Origin: Tubiluchus corallicola
Taxonomy: Eukaryota > Animalia > Priapulida
Assembly: GCA_030141605.1 (NCBI GenBank)
Contig: JAQGDQ010000892.1
Span: forward strand, 1 to 64,000
Reading direction: 5' to 3'
DNA length: 64,000 nucleotides
Of this stretch, positions 53,907-64,000 are shown piece by piece; position 1 is the stretch's first letter; the number at the start of each line of letters is the position of its first letter. The translations under genes were made by a program, and so were the position numbers. The notes beneath the pieces were generated by a model that saw only the letters and a list, made by a program, of their open reading frames with translations, made no database searches and was not told the origin of the DNA.

Positions 53907-54300
53907 ACAGTTTCGTTGTGCGCACGGACAGCTGCTGTAGGTCAAGGGTTAAGCGTACCACAGCAGCGTGTCTTAACTACAGCCGTCACTTAACATGTGT
54001 GTAAAGCAAAGCTGTCTGTCGCATCAGTTCAGCAATTTCAGATGTTGTACGTAGACTTTACTTAATTATGCACTAGTCTGTACGTAGATTGATTTACTAG
54101 CAGGATCTTGCTTGGGAACAAGAAAAAATGAAGTAGAACAGGTTCTGGGTAGCTGTTAAAAGTGTTACTATTACAATAGCAAGGGCTGCGAGGCGTTGTT
54201 AAGTGTGCACAAATGCATTGTCTGGTACACTTAACCTTTGACCTTTTCACAAGTGCTGGAACTGTAAAAAGGCTTATTCGTTTTGACCTTTGACCTTTCA
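53907..54300 (+). mobile_element. Family E repeat
   Basis: Starts ACAGTTTCGTTGTGCGCACG. Homologous to 59522-59862. Confidence 0.78.
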
Positions 54301-54943
54301 CAGTAAGTGCGAAAAGGCGTATTACAGACACACTATGCTGCTACTTATGCTAAACTTGAAAATTATAGAATTAAAATATTTTCAAACTTTCTAATTTTCC
54401 TGGTGATAGAGCCCAACCTGGTTGATATTACATTGCTAATTGTACTACTTAACTTTAGGGCAGCAAATGAACCGTTATTCCCTTAATGCTATGCTTTAGG
54501 GAAGCCCTGTAACACGCAAAATGATGATTCTGTCAGACACACTAATAAATCGGCTAAGACAAAGACATCATCATCTCAAGACTCACGCTATCTCATTCGT
54601 TCTCTCATATTTCCCTTGCCATAACTTTTGTTCTGCGTCTGCAATAAATCTTTCGAAACGACATCTAATTATGACAACTTCCTGCACTAGAGGGCTCTCA
54701 TCGTGGCTCGTTAATGTTTATAAATCAACTCTGGGCAACAGAGCTCAGCTGTAATGGATTTCGAACTCTAATTAGAAATTTTCAGTCCAATTATGAACTG
54801 CCAGGCTGCAAAAATCCCTCTTATCTGCTGGCTTACTCAACTAGCTTAAAGTAACATGATCATTAAATTCCAGTAGTGTTTTGAAAAACTCAAACTAATA
54901 TCAACTCACAGCAAGTATTATTACCTACGCCTTGCAGAAAATG

Positions 54944-55160
54944 CTGTCTGTCTATCTGTCTATCTGTTTGGCTTACTGTCTGCCTGACTCTCTATATGTC
55001 TGTGTATCTGCCTGCCTGTCTATCTGTCTCTCTATCTGTCTGTCTGTTTGGCTGTATGCTATCTGTCTGTTTGGCTGTTTGGCTGTCTGCTATCTGACTC
55101 TCTATCTGTTTGTCTGCTGACTGTCTGCCTGACTACCTGTCTATCTGTCTGTCTGTTTGT
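54944..55160. repeat. Degenerate (TGTC/TATC)n microsatellite
   Basis: Directly visible. Confidence 0.85.
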
Positions 55161-55326
55161 CGTTGTCTTTTCTGACAGGGGTCAAGGTGGCAGCGAGACT
55201 TGGACTACAGACATGAGACGCACTTTTTGCTGAGTTTTCTCCTTTCAGCTGCAAATATAAAAACTTAAGATGTTTTTTCAGAAAATGCAAAATCTGAAGC
55301 AGAAGAGTAGGGCTTTCATTCCTTCT

Positions 55327-55918
55327 GATTTTTCATAAACTACTCCATTTTCAAGTTCCTATGTAAAAAGTATACATTTTAACACATTTAATACTGCAAA
55401 AGCGTTTCTGATAATTAAATAATAGATTAAAAACTTAATTAACGGCGGACGAGCTCAGCTATTGATGACATCACAAACTAACATAATTTTGAAAGCAAAA
55501 ATTTTCCACGAGCGAGTTCGTGAAAGCGAAAATTGAAGTACAGTGCTACTGTAAGATATTCAGTGTGTTGTACTAAAACTAGGCAAGTTTTAAGATGAAA
55601 ATTCAAATTTCAAATTTACTGATAATTACTGACGCATGAGCTGTTGAACGTGAGCAATTGGTCACAAACTAACACATCTGAACTGGGAGGTACAGCACCT
55701 GTTTTTTGTGCAAAAATGCAGGCGTTAGGGCCCATCTAACTAACGAATGGCGAAATGAATGTAACAGCGAAGAACTAGTGGCAGGAACGCGAAATTGTGT
55801 TTGTGTGATAATAATTCTTTCACGTAAGTCGTTTTTTGAAAAAAAAGCACGTTTCCTTTCAATATTTCAAAGAGTAGATTGTTCTGACCTACAGTTTAAG
55901 GTTGGGCCTGGTTTTGCT
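55327..55918 (-). mobile_element. Kolobok-like MITE family A, near-full reverse copy
   Basis: Reverse complement matches 909-1525. Confidence 0.78.
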
Positions 55919-56429
55919 CTAAGTAACTAGTGTCAACTAACACTTGCTTTTGTAATAAACATGTAAGACAATATTTTCAAAATGAACCAGGTAAAACCTA
56001 AACTACTTTAAAATTTTACGTACCTTTTTCTTTGTATTTGACTGCACTAGACTGCATTCAAATACAAGGCATCAAATACAAAGACATCATATGCTTTGTA
56101 TTTGACTGCACGCAATAGCACGACGTTTTGAGAGAGAAATTTTTGCCTGGCAATTTAGCTCATATTTCGTGTTGAAAGTTATTGGGCTTCGTCTTAGACG
56201 ATGGTACTGTAAAGGTTTCTTCTCTTGCTAATGTTACCTTATCCTCCTTTTCTAAGCCAATAACGTTTCACCTTGCAATTTGTAATAGTAATGGAAGCAT
56301 TAAAGATATGCATTTGGTGTACACATGACAAAATCACATACATGACTGTAGGTCTTCTTCTGATATTTACGTCTTTGTTATTGTTTTTGTGGCCCAGAAG
56401 TCAATGTCGTTTCAGTTTTATCAATTTAT

Positions 56430-56548
56430 TTCAATAACGATGGCTATGACAACTAAAGCTACTGTAACAGCTATAACAACAACAGCAGCAGCAGCAACAA
56501 CAACAACAACAACAGCAACAACAACAACAACAACAACAACAGCAACAA

Positions 56549-56607
<59 letters not shown>

Positions 56608-56771
56608 ACAACAACAACAGCAAGAGCAAAAGCTGCAGCAACAACACTACAGCATCAACAACAACAACAGCAACAACAACACAACAGCAACAACAACAGC
56701 AACAGCAACAACAACAGCAAGAGCAACAGCAACAGCGACAGCGACAGCGACAGCGACAGCAACAGCAACAA

Positions 56772-56802
<31 letters not shown>

Positions 56803-56880
56803 TACTACAACAACAACAACAGCAACAGCAAGAACAACAACAGCAGCAGCAATAGCAAGAGCAACAGCAACAGCAACAGC

Positions 56881-56917
<37 letters not shown>

Positions 56918-56955
56918 GCAGCAACAACGACAACAACAACAACAACAACAGCAAA
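56430..56955. repeat. (AAC)/(AGCAAC) array
   Basis: Directly visible. Confidence 0.95.
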
Positions 56956-57029
56956 GACTTATATTACCTCACTTTTACCGTAAATACCACCGACTAGGCA
57001 TAGCAACAGCGGGCACCACTTTCAGAGTC

Positions 57030-57100
57030 ATTGGCATGACCCAGAAGCAGTATCGAACTCACGACCTCCCAGACGCGTTACCACTATAGCACACTGTCTG
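57030..57100 (-). mobile_element. Possible tRNA-derived SINE head (degenerate)
   Basis: The minus strand reads GTGTGCTATAGTGGTAA...GGGAGGTCGTGAGTTCGATACTG, giving Pol III A-box- and B-box-like motifs. No complete cloverleaf. Confidence 0.35.
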
Positions 57101-57539
57101 GTCGTAAACTGCACAACAGACGATGTAGGCGGTGTTGTGCAGGAAAAAAATTGGTTGCCATAGAGTTCAGGGTTGCCTAGCAACAGCCTGAAACTTCTAA
57201 AATTCGTACTTTTCTGGCTTCGATATCTACCTTCTTCAATTTCTGACATGCTGAAGACGAAAGTGCCTCGCATAGGTGTTAAATCGATTTATGTCATTTT
57301 TGTCTGCAAGAGATAATTGTGATTAATGAACGAAAGCAATTAATTTTCAAAAAAAAGCAAAAATTCTGAAGTTATTCATAGTTAGTGATGGCAAACGACT
57401 GAAACGAGATGGAAATTTCATTTTTATTGATTTTTTTAATGATCTAGATGATATCTGAAGATATCTTGTCAAGTTTTATAATTATGACGTCACAACGTGA
57501 CAGTGGAGTATTGTTACTGATGGTGGTAGGTGGGTTATC

Positions 57540-57990
57540 GTAGTTGTGGTTGCAGTTGTTGTTGCTGCTGCTGCTGTAGCTGTTGTTGTAGCTGTTGTCG
57601 TTGCTGTTGTTGTTGTTATTGTAGTGTTATCATTGTCGTTGCCGCTGTTGTGGTTGTTGTTGCTGTAGTTGCTGTAGCTGTTGTTGTCGCTGTTGTTGTT
57701 GTTGTTGCCATCATCGATGTTGCTGTTATTGTCGTTGTCGTTATTGTTGTCATTGTTTTTGCTGCTGCTGTAGCTGTTCTTGACGTTATTGTTGTTGTTA
57801 TCGTTGTCTTGTCGCTGTTGTTGTTGTTGCTGCTGCTGTAGCTGTTGTTGTCGCTGTTGTTCTCGATGTTGCCATCATCAATGTCCTTGTCATTGTCGTT
57901 GTCGTCATAGTTGTCAATGTTTTTGCTGCTGCTGTAGCTGTCGTTGTCGTTAGTGTTGTCGTCATCGTCGCCATCATTATAGCCGTCGTA
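57540..57990. repeat. Degenerate (GTT)/(GCT)/(GTC) array
   Basis: Directly visible. Confidence 0.9.
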
Positions 57991-58483
57991 CCACCGTCAG
58001 CCCAACTGTTTTATTTATCTTTACGTAATACCAATCCTCAAACAAATGTGACAAAGGATATACAGACTCCACAGCATGAAAACGCTAGAATACTAGACAC
58101 TCCGTAAATTGCTATGCCTAATAGCATGTTGATAATGGTAATAATAACGAAGTTGTAATAGAAAATTTAACAACGTGTAAACTAGGAGTGTAGTAATTTA
58201 TCGTTCAATTACTGTTATCATTCCGATAGTTTACTGCTGGGAGAAACGCGACAGTAAATCTTCAACTTCTCGTTTTTATGAAATTAACAGTTTCGTTGTG
58301 CGCACGAGCAGTTGCTGTAGGTCAAACAGGGCCGTAGTCGGCTTTTGAAAAGTGGTCCGGCCACAGATACGGAACAGGTAGAAGAAGAATACAGCAGCAA
58401 CATATAGAAGAGTATATTATAATTTATAATACAGAGTTATAATATAATAGAGCACTACACATACTCAATGATGACATGATTGA

Positions 58484-58800
58484 TTAAAACTTCCCAAACA
58501 CACATCTGCGCCGCTCATTTCTAGCAGTAAACTCGTTCGCAATTTCCTTCAGGTCGAGAGCGTCTGTTCTATCCATATGTACATGCAAAGTCATGAGATT
58601 GTTCAGTCTAGTTTGAGTCATCGTACTCCGCAAATAAGTTTTTACTCTACGCAGGGCTGAGAATGTCCTTTCACTTGTAGAATTTGTAGCCGGGAATCAC
58701 TAGTGGTGTCCTGACAAGAATCACAATTTCGGAATAGATTGATCGCATCGCAGGTTTGAGTTCACGGAAATAACCGAATATATCCGACAGACTGACTGAT
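58484..58800 (-). pseudogene. hAT transposase C-terminal dimerisation-domain fragment (frameshifted)
   Basis: Minus strand ...YSEIVILVRTPLVI / PATNSTSERTFSALRRVKTYLRSTMTQTRLNNLMTLHVH...LDLKEIANEFTARNERRRCVFGKF*. The ERxFSxLxRxKTxLRSTM motif is diagnostic. A hAT-type terminus CAGGGCCG lies at 58327. Confidence 0.88.
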
Positions 58801-59521
58801 TCACCTTGCTGATTTAGGCTGATTTGGAACCGGTGCTATATCCATGATAGATGAATTCATATTCTGTTTGCTGATTGGATATAATTTCTGTTTGCTGATT
58901 GGATATAATAATGAAGTCTAAACCAAAACTGCTTATTTTAGCATCGAATAGAAACGATTTATGGGCTTTACTAGGCACGTATGGCAGAAAAAGTCTTAAC
59001 TATGAGACTGCTAACTGCGGTTACGCATTGACGCTAATCACTTAGTGCCTTGAGCTGCCACCTGGCGGGAAAATTTACATCAAAGCCATGTAAGATTCTG
59101 GAAAAGAAACCAGTTATAGAACTATGAAGTCTTTGCAGCACTAAAAGTTATTTGAGTGGCAAAGGGATGCTGCTATCGTACACTTAATACCTCGAGCTGC
59201 CACCAGGGGGACGTATGTTTTATCTGATCTAAAACACCTTCATACATATTCCTTACGTCGACCTATTAAGGTCTATATATAAACATCTATAATAATAGCA
59301 AGCAATTACCTTGACAGTGTGCTTTCAAAGGTTTCCGCGCTTGTTTTCCGCATCACTATACCGTCTATAAGTAACTATAGACACAACATATAGGGTAAAA
59401 TCAACTAGCTGTCATCTGCTACAAGACTTCACTCCTGCTAGGAAAATCTGATCTGTAATCACTCACTTGTCTTCAGTAACGGTCAAGGTGACATTGGCAT
59501 ATTGCACAAAAAACCTTTTTC

Positions 59522-59862
59522 ACAGTTTCGTTGTGCGCACGCGCAGTTGCTGTAAGTCAACGGTCAAGTGTGCCACACCAGTGTGTCTAAACAACAACCA
59601 TCACGTGACATGTGTATATAGCAAAGCCGTTTGCTGCATCTGTTCAGTAACATCAGTTGTTTTACGCGGACTTTGCTTAATAATGCATTAGTCTGTTCGT
59701 AGAGTGATTTACTAGCTGGTTCTTGCTTGGGAATAAGAAAAAATGACCTAGGTAAGTTCTAGGTAGCTGTTAAAACGGTGACTAATAGAATAGCGTAGGC
59801 TGCGAGGCGTTGTCAAGTGTACACAAATGTATTGTCTGGTACACTCAACCTTTGACCTTTTC
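59522..59862 (+). mobile_element. Family E repeat
   Basis: Homologous to 53907-54248. Confidence 0.78.
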
Positions 59863-59915
59863 ACGATTATCATCATTTGGTGGGACGGTATTCGTTTTGT
59901 GATTTTTGTGATTAA

Positions 59916-60475
59916 AGGAAAGATCAAGTCGTCTAGGAGGGTAGGCTTATTTCAATGTTTGCGAAGAATGTTAGAAGGATTTAGTAATAAAACTGCAATA
60001 AGCGCCTCGTGTAACCAATAAAATCATTTTATAGTCGCGAGCACCTCATGCTTGGACGCTCGGCCGTTCTTCTTCCAATGACGTCATTCGTCTTGAAGAA
60101 GAGTAGCGCCACTGTCGACCTTCGTCAAAAGTATAATTAGTTTTTACAAAACAAATTGAATACCTTATTAGCAGCATAATTTATAATATTTTTGCGTGAA
60201 CATTAAGTAAGCTGCAGAAATTTGAACTAGTTTAGCCAGTGTGCTCTTACGGAAAGCCACGACTCGCTTACGAAAAGTCCCGGAGTCTCACAGTTTGTTA
60301 TCCTTTTCAAGTGAATGGCGGCATCCACTGCACCTGAAAATTCCTATTGAGACGTGGTTTAAATTTAAATTTATGCTTTATAGGCAGTTCTTTGTAAATT
60401 TCTTTGTTATAATTTTCCAAGTTTGAGTGATTACTGTAAAATAAACCTAACATGCTAAATGACTTGCCTTTTGCT
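59916..60475. mobile_element. Kolobok-like MITE family D
   Basis: TTAA|AGGAAAGATCAAGTC ... GACTTGCCTTTTGCT|TTAA. Confidence 0.65.
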
Positions 60476-60747
60476 TTAAATATGAGAGGTCTATGAGTGA
60501 TATGGAAGTGATGATAAAGAGGATGCTTTCAGGACACTGGCCACTGGTTCCTTAACGCAGACAGTTTTTCTTAGTATTCTGCTACTTCTCATTGTCTTAT
60601 CCTGAAGTTGGTCATTTCCCTCGGACGTCTTACCTGTGGAACTCTCTAGAAGATTTGCTTTTCTGAAAACAATCTAATCCGAACACCAACAACATCAACA
60701 GATACGCTACCGCTGGCTGGCAAATTAGCTGTACAAAATGTTTTATA

Positions 60748-61242
60748 CAGGGTGTCCCGTAAGTCTCTACAATATTTTATGTCTTAAAGAAACGAAACAC
60801 AATGTACAGATGAACTCAAATCTTAGACAATTCGTTTGACCAAGTTAAACAAAAGTCTGAAAAGAGCTACTGCACTAGTAGGTTTTGCAAACTTCGCTAC
60901 CTTGTTTAGGGACACCAAGAGCCCCAGACATCAATCCAATAGCAAGTCTGACATATTGCATTGAGAAAGGCCCTCACACCTTATAAGTAGCGAGGTAGCG
61001 CTGTATCTTATTGAAAAACTACATTGTCAATAATGAGAGAATGGTGTGGCCAATGTGATGCTCTGAACCTCATGCCAGGCTGATTTTACTTCATTTCTAA
61101 CGTTAATCTTGTCGCCATAGCAACGGGGTTCCAGGCACAAATAAATAAAAGGAATTGTCGCTTTTTGATTCATGTAACTTGTCATATTAGAGAAAATTTA
61201 AAAAATAGAAATCAATGGGTATAGGACTTTTGAGACACCCTG
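60748..61242. mobile_element. Tc1/mariner-like MITE
   Basis: TA|CAGGGTGTCCCGTAAGTC ... GACTTTTGAGACACCCTG|TA. Confidence 0.85.
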
Positions 61243-61383
61243 TATTTTCACCCCTTTGTTGTGGCCATTTTCACGGAGTGGACATTGGCTTTATTTTAGG
61301 TGAATTGCACGAAACATGAATGTATGGAGCATTTTTAAAAGGCTCAATTGCTCACAGTTCCATCCGATTGATGATGATCGTAA

Positions 61384-61725
61384 AAAGGTCAAAGGTTAAG
61401 TGTACCAGACAACGAATTTGTGTACACTTGGACAACGCCTTTTTGTCCATGCTATTGTAATAGCAACCCGTTTTAACAGCTAGCTAGAACCTTACCTAGT
61501 TCATTTTTTCTTGTTCTCAAGCAAGATCCTGCTAATAAATCACTCTACGCACAGACTAATGCATAACTAAGTAAAGTCCAGGTAAAACAACTAAAGTTAC
61601 TGAACCGATGCGGTAGACGGCTTTGCTATACACACATGTCACGTGACGGTTGTAGTTAAGACGCGTTGCTATGGTACACTTAACCTTTGACCTACAGCAA
61701 CTGCGCGTGCGCACCACGAAACTGT
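61384..61725 (-). mobile_element. Family E repeat
   Basis: Reverse complement of 59522-59862 and 53907-54248. Confidence 0.78.
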
Positions 61726-62132
61726 GAAGAACTATAGGTGTCATACAGACGCTCATATTCAATATATTTTACACTCAGAGGCAAACATTTCATTATGAAT
61801 CCTACTGAACGTCTTTATAGCTTCGCTTTAGCACAAAGTCAAACAACAATGGTCATCATATCTCCTGATTTCAATAAAAACCATCCATCATGGTAAAATT
61901 GCTGTTTTATATTCCGAAGATGTTCGTTTCACGGAAGCCTTTATATCAGTGCTTTAGAGTGGCGTCCGCGTCGTTTTTGCAGCTGGTCTAATGGTATCGA
62001 TTCGACAAAGAGCGGGTCTATTCTCAGCAATTGTCTGACTGTAACGTACACACACCGGAAACGGAAGTGAATAAAGACGTCGATTTGACACTGTAGTTAA
62101 ATCCACAGTGTTATTACAGCATAAAATGTTAA

Positions 62133-62616
62133 AGGAAGATGGACGATTGTTCAAAACTGGATGATTGTAGACGTTAGTTTAAAATAAAATTTGTTCTAAA
62201 ATACTGAAAACTACAACAGCTTTTTTTAAATCAAAGCTTAGATATAATAGAAATTACCTCGGATAGTGAAAATTTGTCACATTGTCACATCCGCGTGGTC
62301 GACCAATAGGCGTGGTACCGCGATAAGCATGATCATTAACAACAACATACAGCTCATTTTTGTGACATCACACCAGCGTCTTATAGAAATCTTCGCTTGC
62401 GCAAACGTGCTTGACGCGAAGGCAAGATGCCTACCATTGCACAAATGTGGTTAGTTTGTGACGTAAGCAATAGCTGTGTCCGGTTACCGTTAATTAACTT
62501 TCCGAGGTAATTATTCAAATACTAGGAACAATTGCTAACTTTTATAATCAAGAGAATGTATATTTTGGACAGTAAATTAAGATCAGATTTAGTCTAATTA
62601 GTCGTCTGGTCTTCCT
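62133..62616 (-). mobile_element. Kolobok-like MITE family B, reverse copy
   Basis: TTAA on both sides (62129-32, 62617-20). Matches the reverse complement of 16693-17239. Confidence 0.72.
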
Positions 62617-62620
62617 TTAA

Positions 62621-62940
62621 TGGAAAACCGAACCCAATCTTAAACTATACCTCAAAACGATCTAAGCTTTAAAATAACGAAAATGAAATTATATTGTTTT
62701 TTTAAGAATGACTAAAGGGAAAACGTTATTGCGACAAAAAGCTAAGTTTCGTGTTCATTCCCTGTTACATGCGTCTCGCCCTTTGCTAATAAGACGGGCA
62801 CTAGCGTGTGGATCTTGGAAACACGTTGCAACAAAACAGGCACTGTGCCTTGCTTTTCAGATGTGCTTGTTTGTGACGTTGTGCACACGCTTCGAGAGTT
62901 CACGAGTGAGCGCAGCAGCAAACCTGGAAATTTGACTTTT
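62621..62940 (+). mobile_element. Kolobok-like family A, diverged 5' half
   Basis: GAAAACCGAACCCAATCTTAAACT...AGACGGGCACTAGCG matches 909-1240. Confidence 0.65.
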
Positions 62941-63148
62941 GAATGATCACCAACATCACTACTACCATCGTCGTCGTCATCATCGTAGTCACGTCTCAAT
63001 TTCGCTATCACCATTATTATCACCTTTGTTATTAATAAGCTAGGCCATTTCCACTAATCAAGAAAAATGTGCAGGCTGTCTGCTAAATGATTGAATCTGC
63101 AGACAAAGAAAGCGGTCGAACGTGAGTTGTACTGAAACACCCCGTACA

Positions 63149-63537
63149 TTATCGTCTGGCGGCGTGAGTGCTATAGGCTTCGTCGCATCACTGCCAGAAA
63201 GATCCACAAGTATACAATGTTGACTGCACGGAAAATGCAGTTTTAATAAAAGTAAGTATCACTCCAATAAGATCGTTTATCGTCTGGCAGCGTGAGTGCT
63301 ATAGGCTTCGTCGCATCACTGCCAGAAAGATCCACAAGTATACAATGTTGACTGCACGGAAAATGCAGTTTTAATAAAAGTAAGTATCACTCCAATAAGA
63401 TCGTTTATCGTCTGGCAGCGTGAGTGCTATAGGCTTCGTCGCATCACTGCCAGAAAGATCCACAAGTATACAATGTTGACTGCACGGAAAATGCAGTTTT
63501 AATAAAAGTAAGAGTAACTCCAATAAGATCGTTTATC
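63149..63537. repeat. 128-bp tandem repeat, 3 near-identical copies
   Basis: TATCGTCTGGC at 63150, 63278 and 63406. Confidence 0.95.
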
Positions 63538-63827
63538 AGTTACCTGTTCTGCAGATATTGGGCTGTTTGGTGTCACGCCATCTTGCTCTAATTGCTCACT
63601 GGGATTCACTCGTTTGTTAAATTATCCTGAAAAAGACGTGCCCCGCTGTTTGATGGTCGTCCTTTATATTCATTAGGGAAGTAAGTGGCTTACATCACTG
63701 ATCGTAAAGCTGAAACGAGTTATTATTGATGTGTGGCGGGGTTTATAAATTCAGTCTGAAAGTGTGGCTAAAGTTTGAGGTTCAATGTAACTAGGGAAAA
63801 GACTCGTAAACGTGTCAAGTGTAAAAA

Positions 63828-64000
<173 letters not shown>

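Noticed and set aside
63555-63591. Candidate GPCR exon 2 (CTGCAG|A TAT TGG GCT GTT..., giving ER-YWAV)
   Set aside because: It lacks the conserved Pro and hits a stop after 11 codons (YWAVWCHAILL*), so it is probably coincidental.

Overview
AT-rich, microsatellite-dense eukaryotic (animal, probably bilaterian invertebrate) genomic DNA, with no prokaryotic features. Only two kinds of host gene are supported. (i) The first coding exon (TM1-TM3) of a class A neuropeptide-type GPCR at 5345-5769, split by a phase-2 intron in the ERY motif; I could not find a downstream exon in the window. (ii) A tandem array of three single-ORF type I membrane proteins (36689-38776, 41250-43337, 49343-51418), each with a signal peptide, an N-terminal ~160-aa domain, about four degenerate cadherin-like repeats, one TM helix and a ~20-aa tail. 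The main finding is how the paralogs differ. Between copies 1 and 2, amino-acid changes are concentrated in the N-terminal domain with almost no silent change, and copy 3 carries all of its in-frame indels in that domain. This pattern fits a diversifying recognition-receptor cluster (allorecognition, immune or gamete), although that role is inference. The rest is mobile DNA and repeats: four TTAA-flanked Kolobok-like MITE families, hAT, piggyBac, Tc1/mariner, Harbinger and P-like elements, RTE and L2/Crack LINE fragments, a TIR element with a telomere-like core, and many satellites. Almost all other ORFs in the track are repeat artefacts. All counts are by-eye comparisons.
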